A stretch of 64,000 bases of DNA, from NCBI GenBank assembly GCA_963790575.1, contig CAWBPD010000026.1:264411-328410 (forward strand). Reading direction: 5' to 3'. Each line of letters opens with the position of its first letter. Position 1 is the stretch's first letter. The position numbers and the translations under genes are program-made. Source of the stretch: Candidatus Dormiibacterota bacterium (GTDB lineage Bacteria > Chloroflexota > Dormibacteria > Dormibacterales > Dormibacteraceae). The notes under the pieces were generated by a model. It saw only the letters and a list, made by a program, of their open reading frames with translations, searched no databases and was not told the origin of the DNA. Shown piece by piece: positions 35,607-43,704 of the stretch.

Positions 35607-37199
35607 ATGGCAACCGGGCGGGCGGTGCCGCTACCCAGCGCCGATCAGGAGCTGTCGCGTCGGCGGATCAACCTCATCTTCGGCGCGCTGATGCTGGCGA
35701 TGCTAATGGCGGTCCTCGACCAGTCGATCGTGAGCCCGGCCCTCCCCACCATCGTGGGCGACCTGCACGGCTTGGAAGAGATGCAGTGGGTCATCACCGG
35801 CTACCTGCTGACCTCGACCATCGCGCTGCCGATCTACGGCAAGCTCGGGGATCTGATCGGCCGCAAGGGCCTGTTCCTGTTCGCGATCTCGGTCTTCGTC
35901 CTCGGGTCGGTCCTCAGCGGGGCGAGTCAGAACATGGCCGAGCTGATCGCGTTTCGCTCCCTGCAGGGGGTCGGCGGCGGCGGCCTCATGATCTCGGCTC
36001 AGGCGGTCCTGGGCGACATCGTCAGCCCGCGCGAGCGCGGCCGCTACATGGGACCCATGATGGGCGTGCTGGGGGTCGGCACCTTCCTCGGCCCGCTGGT
36101 GGGTGGCTTCTTCACCGACACGGCGAGCTGGCGCTGGTGCTTCTACGTCAACGTGCCGATCGGCATCGCGGCGCTGGCCGTCGTCTTCGTAGTGCTCCAG
36201 GCGCGCACCCGGCAGGGCGACCGACCGCGCCTCGATGTCCTCGGTGCCCTCCTCATCGCCTGCATCTCCACCCTGCTCGTGTTCCTCACCAGCTGGGCGG
36301 GCACCAAGTACCACTGGGCCTCGTGGCAGATCGGGCTGCTCGCGCTTGGATTCCTGGTCGCGGCCGGCCTCTTCATCTGGGCCGAGCGAGAGGCGGCGGA
36401 ACCGCTGATGCCGCTCCGACTGTTCGCCATCCCCACCTTCAGCATCTCGGTCGTGATCGGGCTCTTCGCCGGCTTCGCGATGTTCGGCGCCCTCGCCTAC
36501 CTGCCCACCTTCATGCAGATGGTGAAAGGGGTCTCCGCCACCGCCTCCGGATTGCTCCTGCTGCCTTTGGTGGTCGGGATGATGATCACGTCGGTCACCG
36601 CCGGGGCGCTGACCGCCTCCCTCGGCCGCTACAAGATCTTCGCCATCGTGGGGACCGCCGTGGCGGCCTTCGGGATGGTGCTGATGTCGCGGATGAACGA
36701 GCACACCGGGTTCCTCGAGAACAGCCTCTTCATGTTGATCTTTGGAGCCGGCCTCGGACTCTTGATGAACGTGCTCACGCTGGCGGTGCAGAACGCGGCC
36801 CCGGTCCGCGACCTGGGCACCGCGACCTCCTCGGCCAACTACTTCCGGCAGATCGGGTCGTCGGTCGGCGGCGCGGTCGTCGGCTCGCTCTTCGCCAACC
36901 GTCTCACGGCCAACATCGCAGCCAACATTCCGCCTGCGCTGGCTGCGCACGTGCCCGCCACCAGCGGCCTCACCCCGGCCCTGGTGCGCAGCCTGCCCGG
37001 GGCGCTGCAGACGGTATTCATCCACGCCTACGCAAGTGCGCTCACCCCCCTCTTCCTCTACCTCGCGCCTGTCCTCGGAGTCGGCTTCCTGCTCGCTCTC
37101 GCACTGCCCGAGCTCCCGCTGCGGACCGCCAGGGAGACCCGCGCTCAGGTGGCGCAGCAAGGGGCCGAGCCGCCGCCGGCGGAGGTGGCCGCCCCCTAG
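35607..37199 (+). CDS. MFS transporter of the DHA2 (14-TMS drug:H+ antiporter, EmrB/QacA) family.
   Basis: FGALMLAMLMAVLDQSIVSPALPTIVGDLHG...LPIYGKLGDLIGRKGLFLFAI... are DHA2 signature motifs. The protein is 530 aa. Confidence 0.85.
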   Translation: MATGRAVPLPSADQELSRRRINLIFGALMLAMLMAVLDQSIVSPALPTIVGDLHGLEEMQWVITGYLLTSTIALPIYGKLGDLIGRKGLFLFAISVFVLGSVLSGASQNMAELIAFRSLQGVGGGGLMISAQAVLGDIVSPRERGRYMGPMMGVLGVGTFLGPLVGGFFTDTASWRWCFYVNVPIGIAALAVVFVVLQARTRQGDRPRLDVLGALLIACISTLLVFLTSWAGTKYHWASWQIGLLALGFLVAAGLFIWAEREAAEPLMPLRLFAIPTFSISVVIGLFAGFAMFGALAYLPTFMQMVKGVSATASGLLLLPLVVGMMITSVTAGALTASLGRYKIFAIVGTAVAAFGMVLMSRMNEHTGFLENSLFMLIFGAGLGLLMNVLTLAVQNAAPVRDLGTATSSANYFRQIGSSVGGAVVGSLFANRLTANIAANIPPALAAHVPATSGLTPALVRSLPGALQTVFIHAYASALTPLFLYLAPVLGVGFLLALALPELPLRTARETRAQVAQQGAEPPPAEVAAP

Positions 37200-37345
37200 A
37201 TGAGTTATTCCGAATTGCCGACGTCGGCAACTGGAGTTCGGCGGTGGAAGGCCTGGGCTTCAACCATCGCGAGCACGGGGTCAACTCCCACCTGAGACCA
37301 CTGATGGTTTGGATAAACTCATCTAGCAGGAGCCGCCCGATCGAC

Positions 37346-38140
37346 TCAGGCGGCTTCCGTGGCCGCCGGCCGGCACACCGAACAAGGCCGGTAGCCGACC
37401 GCACGGGCCTCGTGCTCCGAGCGGAAACGCACCTCGTGGGAGGGTCGGATCCGGCGGGCGGCGGCGCAGGAGGGTGTGCAGAAGACGTGGGTGGTGTCAT
37501 TCCCCAGGTAGCGCACACCGGCGGCGGCCAGGCGCTCCAGGCGATCGACGTCGAGACCCTCGGACGCCAGGGCCTGGCGCTTCTGCTCGGGGCCGCCACA
37601 GCTGTAGCTGCCGAGGTGGAGGTCGGACGGGACCACCCGATGACACGGTATCGCCAGTGGCACCGGGTTGCGGGCGAGCGCCGTTCCCACCGCCCGCACC
37701 GCGGCCGGGTGCCCGATCTCGCGCGCCACCCAACCGTAGGTCCGGACCTGGCCCCGGGGGATGGTCTCCGCGGCGCGCAGCACCGACTGCTGGAAGGGCG
37801 TGCGCCCGCCCAGATCGAGGGGGACCACCACCCGCCGGCCCGCCAGACAAGCCTCCCAGACTTGCCGGATCGCGTCCGGCAGGGCCCGCTCGGGCCGGAT
37901 GGTGGCGCCATGCTCGGCACGGAACCAGGCCTCGAACACCTGGTGCCCGTCCGCCGCCCGCCGGACCCCGGCGATCCCGCGCGGGCCGTGACCGACCAGC
38001 ACCGGCCCGAGCGGGCTCTCGGCCGGGGCGTACCAGTAGCCCGAGCCGGCCCGCTGGAGCACCGCCTCCAGGACGCCACGTGGCGCCGGCGTGCGCCCCA
38101 GGGCGGCCAGCCGCTCCAAGGCGCGGTCAGGTTCGGCCAT
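37346..38140 (-). CDS. ogt: O6-alkylguanine-DNA alkyltransferase (Ogt/MGMT) fused to a C-terminal Ada-type Zn-Cys4 methylphosphotriester acceptor domain.
   Basis: An MGMT N-domain and C-domain are present with the active site PCHRVV and ...GSYSCGGPEQKRQALASEG. A C-terminal 60 aa then reads THVFCTPSCAAARRIRPSHEVRFRSEHEARAVGYRPCSVCRP, which matches the Ada_Zn_binding pattern (FCRPSC...RPCxxCxP). The start lies 4 nt after the ECF sigma stop. Confidence 0.8.
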   Translation of the reverse strand: MAEPDRALERLAALGRTPAPRGVLEAVLQRAGSGYWYAPAESPLGPVLVGHGPRGIAGVRRAADGHQVFEAWFRAEHGATIRPERALPDAIRQVWEACLAGRRVVVPLDLGGRTPFQQSVLRAAETIPRGQVRTYGWVAREIGHPAAVRAVGTALARNPVPLAIPCHRVVPSDLHLGSYSCGGPEQKRQALASEGLDVDRLERLAAAGVRYLGNDTTHVFCTPSCAAARRIRPSHEVRFRSEHEARAVGYRPCSVCRPAATEAA

Positions 38141-38143
38141 GGA

Positions 38144-38761
38144 TCAGATCTCCTCCTCTTGCAGCACCCGGCGCAGACGTGCCAGGCCGCGGTGGACGTG
38201 TGACTTGACGGTGCCCTCGGGCAGGCGCAGGATCGCCGCCACCTCTTCGACCGGCCGGTCCTCGGCGTGCCGGAGCAGGATCGCCGCCCGCGCCGGCCCG
38301 GCGATGCCCGCCAGCGCACGCAGCAGCTGCTCCTGCTCCTCGCGTCGAAGGGTGACCACTTCGGGGTTCCGGTCGGGGGTGGGATCGGCGCTCGGGGGCG
38401 GATCCGCGGCCACGACCTGCTCGCGATGCCGGCCCCGCACCGCGTTGCGCAGCGTGTTGAGCGCGATCCGGCGCAGCCACGGCCCTAAGCGCAGCTCCGC
38501 CACCCGCGCCGCGGGATACCGTCGAAGGGCCCGGTACGCCTTCCACAACGTGTCCTGGGCGAGGTCCTCCGCCTGGCCCCCATCCCCCGTCATACCGAGC
38601 AGGAAGGCGTAGAGCCGGTCCTGATGGGTTACGACCAACTCCTCGAAGCTGCTGTCGAGGTCCGCCGCCAGGCGGGTCGCGAGGGCGACTTCGGCGGCCG
38701 GGCGGGCGGGCGCGGGGGCTCGGCGGTCCGGGGGCGCGGGCTCGATCACGGGCACTGCCAC
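38144..38761 (-). CDS. ECF-subfamily RNA polymerase sigma-70 factor.
   Basis: Region 2 is present (ELVVTHQDRLYAFLLGMTGDGGQAEDLAQDTLWKAYRAL). Region 4 is present (RAAILLRHAEDRPVEEVAAILRLPEGTVKSHVHRGLARLRRVL). It is 205 aa. Confidence 0.85.
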   Translation of the reverse strand: MAVPVIEPAPPDRRAPAPARPAAEVALATRLAADLDSSFEELVVTHQDRLYAFLLGMTGDGGQAEDLAQDTLWKAYRALRRYPAARVAELRLGPWLRRIALNTLRNAVRGRHREQVVAADPPPSADPTPDRNPEVVTLRREEQEQLLRALAGIAGPARAAILLRHAEDRPVEEVAAILRLPEGTVKSHVHRGLARLRRVLQEEEI

Positions 38762-38812
38762 ACCCCATCAACACCCCGCGGGTCGGTTCGGGTTGCAGGC
38801 CAGGGGGCTGAG

Positions 38813-38942
38813 GGGCCCGTTGATGCACCAGCGGGTCCTAACACCCTGGTATAGCCCCCCGTTGGTGCACCAGCGGGGCACTCGGGGCGGGGATGGCACC
38901 CGTTGGTGCACCTCCGGGTCTTAACAACCCCTCTTGACACGG
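38813..38942. promoter_or_regulatory. Three direct repeats of about 41 bp, each carrying the palindrome TGGTGCACCA (or a near-palindrome). They lie upstream of the sigma-ogt operon.
   Basis: The units read cccgttgATGCACCAgcgggtcctaacaccc, cccgttgGTGCACCAgcggggcactcgggg, and cccgttgGTGCACCTccgggtcttaacaaccc. The spacing equals four helical turns. A TTGACA hexamer on the plus strand lies at 38931..38936, facing the FTR1 gene. Confidence 0.6.
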
Positions 38943-39069
38943 CCCCTCCGAAATGCCACTTTGGGCCCGCCCCCCTTGGGAGGGTGGGGGCAGGGTGTGT
39001 GAGAGGGGCTGGGCTCTCGGGCGTTAGCCGCAACTAACTCGACGGTTAACGTAAGCTACGCAAGAGCAC

Positions 39070-40107
39070 ATGGCGCTGGACACGTTAGGGGTCAGGACGT
39101 CCCGAGCCGTCTGGGGAAGGGTAGGCCTGGTCGCGGTCGGGCTGTCGGTGTTCCTGGTCTTGGCGGCCTTGACCTGGGCCGCGGTGGCCTTCGCCGGCAA
39201 TCCGGATCCAACCGTCCCGGGCGCGGCGCGCCGGATGTCGGGTGGCGCCGTGGTCATCGGCGCCGGCATCCTCGTCTTCCGCGAAGGCCTGGAGACGATC
39301 CTGGTGCTGGCCGCCGTCACGGCCAGCATGCTGGGCGCCCACGCGGGCCAGCGGCGGCCGGTCGCCACCGGTGGCCTCATCGGCTTCGCCGCCTCGGTCG
39401 CCACCTGGTTCGTGGTGGTCGCCATCCTCAACTCGGTGAACGCGCCCGAGCTGCAGGTCCAGGCGGTGACCGGGCTGGTCGCGGTCGTGGTCCTGCTCGT
39501 GGTCATGAATTGGTTCTTCCACAAGTTCTACTGGACGGGGTGGATCCAGACCCACAACCGCGCCAAGCGCCGCCTCTCACTTCCGGGTTCGCCCCGCCGG
39601 CGCCTGCTCTTCGGTCTCGGCCTGGTCGGCTTCGCCTCCGTCTATCGCGAGGGCGTCGAGGTGGTGCTGTTCTTGCAGACGCTGCGCCTGCAGTCGAGCA
39701 CCTGGACCGTGTTCCTGGGTGTCCTGATCGGCCTCTACCTGACGGCCGCGGTTGGAACGCTCACCTTCGTCATCCATCGCCGGCTGCCTTACAAGCGGAT
39801 GCTCACGCTGACCGGGGTGATGCTCGGCGCGGTGCTGCTGGTCATGGTCGGCGAGGAGATCAACGAGCTGCAGCTGGCCGGTTGGATGCCGGCCACCGCA
39901 CTCCCCTTCGGGATCCAGTTTCCGGCCTGGACGGGCACCTGGCTGTCGCTCTTCGCCAACTGGGAGACGCTGGCGGGGATGGCACTGGCCGCCGCCTTCG
40001 TGATCGGCTCCTACTATCTCGCCAACTACCGCAAGGTGAGGCGGCCGCGACGTCAGGGTGAACGACCCGCCGTCCGGCCGGCGGCAGCCCCCGTGCGCGA
40101 GTCCTGA
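39070..40107 (+). CDS. FTR1-family high-affinity iron permease (EfeU-like).
   Basis: Two REGLE motifs are present (FREGLETILV and YREGVEVVLF) and there are seven transmembrane segments. Confidence 0.85.
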   Translation: MALDTLGVRTSRAVWGRVGLVAVGLSVFLVLAALTWAAVAFAGNPDPTVPGAARRMSGGAVVIGAGILVFREGLETILVLAAVTASMLGAHAGQRRPVATGGLIGFAASVATWFVVVAILNSVNAPELQVQAVTGLVAVVVLLVVMNWFFHKFYWTGWIQTHNRAKRRLSLPGSPRRRLLFGLGLVGFASVYREGVEVVLFLQTLRLQSSTWTVFLGVLIGLYLTAAVGTLTFVIHRRLPYKRMLTLTGVMLGAVLLVMVGEEINELQLAGWMPATALPFGIQFPAWTGTWLSLFANWETLAGMALAAAFVIGSYYLANYRKVRRPRRQGERPAVRPAAAPVRES

Positions 40108-40146
40108 GGGCCGGCGGTCGAGTTCGCGTCGCGTACGGTTGAGGGG

Positions 40147-41025
40147 ATGCGCCGGACGCAGCTTCTCACCCACACCGACCTGGACGGCGCCGGCTGCGCA
40201 GTGCTGGTCCAGGGAGCGGTCGAGAACGCGGCGCCGGCCCGGCTGGTCGACAACGGAAGCATCGACGAGCAGGTCCGCGCCACCATCACCGAACGCCTGG
40301 CGGAGGCGCCGCAGCACCGGGTCCTGATCACCGACCACGGGGTCGACGGCGGCACCGCCTCCTTGATCGATGAGTGGCTGGCGGCGGGCGGCGAGCTGCA
40401 CCTCCTCGACCACCACCGCAGCTCGGACCACCTGACGGGAAAGCCGTGGGCGACGATCGACGAGACGCACAGCGCCACCGGGTTGCTGTTCGCGTACCTG
40501 GGCAGCCCCGCGCGCTTCCATGACTTCGCGGCACTGGTCGAGGACCACGACCTCTGGCACCACCAAGACCCCCGCTCCCAACGCCTCGCGATGCTCCTCG
40601 GGCTCCTCGGCACGCAGCGATTCCTGAGCCGGTTCGTTGCCGACCCCATCGTTGAGTTCACGGAGGGCGAGCGACTGGTGCTCGAACTGGAGGAGTCCCG
40701 GCGCGAGGGCTACCTGGCCCGCAAGACCGAACAGGCCATCCTGCGCGACCTGCGAGGGGTCACGTGGGCCATCTGCTACGCCGAGTCCTTTCAGTCCGAG
40801 GTCTCAGAACGCCTGATGGCGCGGTTCGGCGCCGACGCGACCGCGGTCGTGAACCCGAGCAAGCGAACGGTCTCGTTGCGCGGTCGAGGGGTCGACGTGG
40901 CGGCGATCGCCCAGCGTCAGGGCGGAGGCGGCCACGCCCGGGCGGCGGCGTTCAGCTTCCGGGGCGCCCTGCTGGAGGTGACCCTGGAGCGGTTCGAGGA
41001 GGAGTTGCAGGATCTTTTCGGGTGA
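40147..41025 (+). CDS. DHH/DHHA1-family phosphoesterase (NrnA-like oligoribonuclease / pAp phosphatase).
   Basis: A DHH motif (HLLDHHRS) and a DHHA1 GGGH motif (RQGGGGHARAAAF) are present. Confidence 0.75.
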   Translation: MRRTQLLTHTDLDGAGCAVLVQGAVENAAPARLVDNGSIDEQVRATITERLAEAPQHRVLITDHGVDGGTASLIDEWLAAGGELHLLDHHRSSDHLTGKPWATIDETHSATGLLFAYLGSPARFHDFAALVEDHDLWHHQDPRSQRLAMLLGLLGTQRFLSRFVADPIVEFTEGERLVLELEESRREGYLARKTEQAILRDLRGVTWAICYAESFQSEVSERLMARFGADATAVVNPSKRTVSLRGRGVDVAAIAQRQGGGGHARAAAFSFRGALLEVTLERFEEELQDLFG

Positions 41026-41436
41026 GTCCGGCATCATCTCGGGTGAGTCCGGGATCATCCACCTCCACGTCGAGGCGCACCACGGCCCCGACTCCCAGCA
41101 CGTTGAGGGCCGACCCCAACAGGCCAAAGCTGAGCGAGGCGATCACGCCCCAGAAGATCGCCATCGCAATCCCGGACGCCGGCACCACCAGCGGCCAGTC
41201 GCTGCTCAGCTGCGAGAGGAGCGGACCCTGATCGCCGAATGGCAGCAGGTCGGGAGACACGCCCAGCGTGAAGCCGAGCTGCCGTTGCCAGTACACGATG
41301 GCTCCGCTCGCCCAGCTCACGAAGGCACCCAGCAGGCAGCCCACGAACAGCCCGGGTACCACGCCCGCCACGGCTCCGGTCAGCATCGCCGCCCGCACCG
41401 GGATCCGCGCCAGGCGGGCCCGTGTCCCCCTTGTCA
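40952..41436 (-). CDS. Small hypothetical membrane protein, translationally coupled to the GH2 gene.
   Basis: This is the internal Met of ORF 40952..41986 (MTRGTRARLARIPVRAAMLTGAVAGVVPGLFVGCLLGAFVSW...). Its ATG overlaps the GH2 stop (TGATGA). There are 3 to 4 transmembrane helices. The C-terminal tail overlaps the convergent DHH gene. Confidence 0.4.
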
Positions 41437-43680
41437 TCACGTGCCCATCTTCCGTGGCCGGCGTACGTGTCCCAGGCCCACCAAGAGCGCGATCAGGGCG
41501 AGGACCGTGAGCGCGGGCAGGGCCACGGCGTAGCCCGCCGAGAGCGCGACCGTCCAGCCGGGAGTGGCCTGAGGAGCCGGCTGTCCGGCTCCCCCACTTG
41601 TGACCGCCGCCGGCGGCCCGCCCCCGGGTGACGTCCGATACGCGTCCTGGAGCACCTTCCCGGCCGGGCGCAGCGAGCCGTCGGGCCGGAAGAGGCCGAA
41701 GTTCTCGACGCCGATGTTGGGGCGCTCCGTCCAGTAGTCGTCCAGCGACCACCACACGGCAGCGCCCAGATAACCGCCGCGCTCGGTGTCGAACGACCGG
41801 CGCATCGCGGCGTAGGTGGTCCGGGCGAGGAAGGCCTGATACGCTTCGCCGCCTGGAGAGTCCGCCCAGTACCCGAACTCCATGACCATGATCGGTTTGT
41901 TGGGGTTGGCCCGGTGGGCGCGCGCCAGCTCCCGGGCGATCAGCTGCTCGCTGAGCGGGCCGCCATAGAAGACGCCCCAGTACCACGTGAACCCGGCCAC
42001 ATCGAGCGGGGACTGCGTGGGGTCGGCCGGATCCGAGCCAAGCGCCGCTTGGCCGGTGAGGCGGGTGCCGTCGACCTGCCGGTCGAGGTCCCGCAGGGTG
42101 CTCAGCACGCTCTCTCGCTCGCCGGTCCCGGTCGACTCGTTGGTGAAGCCATGGAAGAGGACCGAGGGGCGGTCCAGGTCGCGCAGGTCCATCTCGACCA
42201 GCATCTGTTGGGGAATCCCCCGGTTCATCGCGATCGAGAAAGTCTTCGGGGTCTCGTGATAGAGCGGGATCTCCTCCCAGAGCGCCACCCCCAGCCGGTC
42301 CGCCAGCAGCGGCAGCCAGTGCACGGGTGGCTGGTGGCCGGCCCGGATCAAGTCGGCGCCCACCTCCTGTGCCTGCCGCAGGATGCTGAGCGCTTGCTCG
42401 GCAGTCGTCACAGGGCCGCCCTGCGGGGCGCCGTTCGACACCGGCTGCTGTTGCTGCTCTTGCAGGTCGACGCCGTGGAAGGCCACCGGCTCACCGTTGA
42501 GCAGGAGCCGGGAGCGGCTGGAGTCGACCTTGATCTGGCGGAGCCCGAAGCTGTCCGCCCACTGGTCCACCGTGTCCTGTGCCACCGTGATCGTCACCTC
42601 GACCACGTACAGCGCGGGTGTCGAGGGCGTCCAGTAGTCGACCTTCCGCAGCACGAACGAGGCGTCCCCGCGGTAATAGCTGCCCGGATCGAGAGCGGGC
42701 AGCTGCTGGGTCCGCTGCACGAGGGGCGTGGCCCCGGTGGGCACCAGGCTGAGGGCGTCCGGATTGAGGAGGTTGGCGGGCGTGGTGGCGGCGGGCAGGA
42801 TCGCGACCGTGACCTCGGGCGCCATCGACCGGTGCTGTTGGTTGGCGATCACGAACCCCACGTCCGCCCCGTCCAGGTGGGGCGTGACGTCGGCGCGGAC
42901 CACGTGCACCGGGTTCGAGGCCTCCAGCCACACGTCGGACAGGATGCCCCCGTAGTTCCACCAGTCGGCCAGTCCCCAGGGCACGATGTCGTCACGGGTG
43001 CCCCAGGGCGGATTGTCGACCCGGACCGCGAGGGTGTTCTGGGCCCCCACCTTGAGCCGCCGCGAGACGTCGAACGCGAACGGGGTGGATCCGCCTTCGT
43101 GGTAGCCCAGGTAATGGCCGTTGAGCCACAGATCCGCGACGTAGTTGACCGCCTCCAGGTTCAGCGTCGTCGAGAGCCCGCTCCAGCTCGCCGGGACCTC
43201 GAACGTCCGCCGGTACCAGCCACCGTTGACGACGCTCTGCGGGGGGTTGTTGAAGCTGCTCGGGACCGCCACCGATGCCCAGCTCTGATCGTCGTAGGCG
43301 ACGCGCTGACGGCCGGCGGCGCCGCGCTCGATGAGGGGGAGCGTCCGAGAGCGAGCACCCAGCGAGAGTGCGTCGTCCATCGACCCCGCCTGCCATCTCC
43401 AGCTCCCGTCGAGGTCGAGGGTGGGCCGCGCCTGGCGCTGGAAGCCCGGCACCGGGACGCCGTTCTGGAAGGCCACGGTGGTGCCGTTCAGCGTCCGGAG
43501 GCTCAGCGTCGGGGCCAGGTCCGCCAGCGTCGTGGCGGTGGACGCGCACCCGGTCGCGAACAGCGGCAGGACGACCGCCAGCAAAAGCGGAAGCAGCAGC
43601 GAGCGCTTCAGGAACCGGCGCCGGTCAGGCCCCCCGCCGGAGCCTTGAACGGACGCTGGCCGAGGCGCGCGAACCCGCAC
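41437..43680 (-). CDS. Glycoside hydrolase family 2 (beta-galactosidase/beta-mannosidase-like) lipoprotein with a C-terminal transmembrane anchor.
   Basis: A signal/lipobox is present (LLLAVVLPLFATGCAS). The GH2 sugar-binding domain is present (TFEVPASW...LNLEAVNYVADLWLNGHYLGYHEGGSTPFAFDVS). A TIM-barrel region follows. The C-terminal hydrophobic anchor is ALPALTVLALIALLVGL. Confidence 0.75.
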   Translation of the reverse strand: MRVRAPRPASVQGSGGGPDRRRFLKRSLLLPLLLAVVLPLFATGCASTATTLADLAPTLSLRTLNGTTVAFQNGVPVPGFQRQARPTLDLDGSWRWQAGSMDDALSLGARSRTLPLIERGAAGRQRVAYDDQSWASVAVPSSFNNPPQSVVNGGWYRRTFEVPASWSGLSTTLNLEAVNYVADLWLNGHYLGYHEGGSTPFAFDVSRRLKVGAQNTLAVRVDNPPWGTRDDIVPWGLADWWNYGGILSDVWLEASNPVHVVRADVTPHLDGADVGFVIANQQHRSMAPEVTVAILPAATTPANLLNPDALSLVPTGATPLVQRTQQLPALDPGSYYRGDASFVLRKVDYWTPSTPALYVVEVTITVAQDTVDQWADSFGLRQIKVDSSRSRLLLNGEPVAFHGVDLQEQQQQPVSNGAPQGGPVTTAEQALSILRQAQEVGADLIRAGHQPPVHWLPLLADRLGVALWEEIPLYHETPKTFSIAMNRGIPQQMLVEMDLRDLDRPSVLFHGFTNESTGTGERESVLSTLRDLDRQVDGTRLTGQAALGSDPADPTQSPLDVAGFTWYWGVFYGGPLSEQLIARELARAHRANPNKPIMVMEFGYWADSPGGEAYQAFLARTTYAAMRRSFDTERGGYLGAAVWWSLDDYWTERPNIGVENFGLFRPDGSLRPAGKVLQDAYRTSPGGGPPAAVTSGGAGQPAPQATPGWTVALSAGYAVALPALTVLALIALLVGLGHVRRPRKMGT

Positions 43681-43704
43681 CGGTCACTACCTTCGTCTTC
43701 GAGC

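Noticed and set aside
37042-38319. ORFs 37042..38319 (minus, 425 aa) and 35786..38203 (plus, 805 aa).
   Set aside because: They overlap the MFS, ogt-Ada and sigma genes in the wrong frames. The real genes show clear motifs in other frames.
38996-39069. Possible IdeR/DtxR iron box (TTAGCCGCAACTAAC) upstream of the FTR1 gene.
   Set aside because: Only the outer TTAG/CTAA tetrads match and the centre is non-palindromic. It is mentioned in the findings only as a weak hint, not annotated as a feature.
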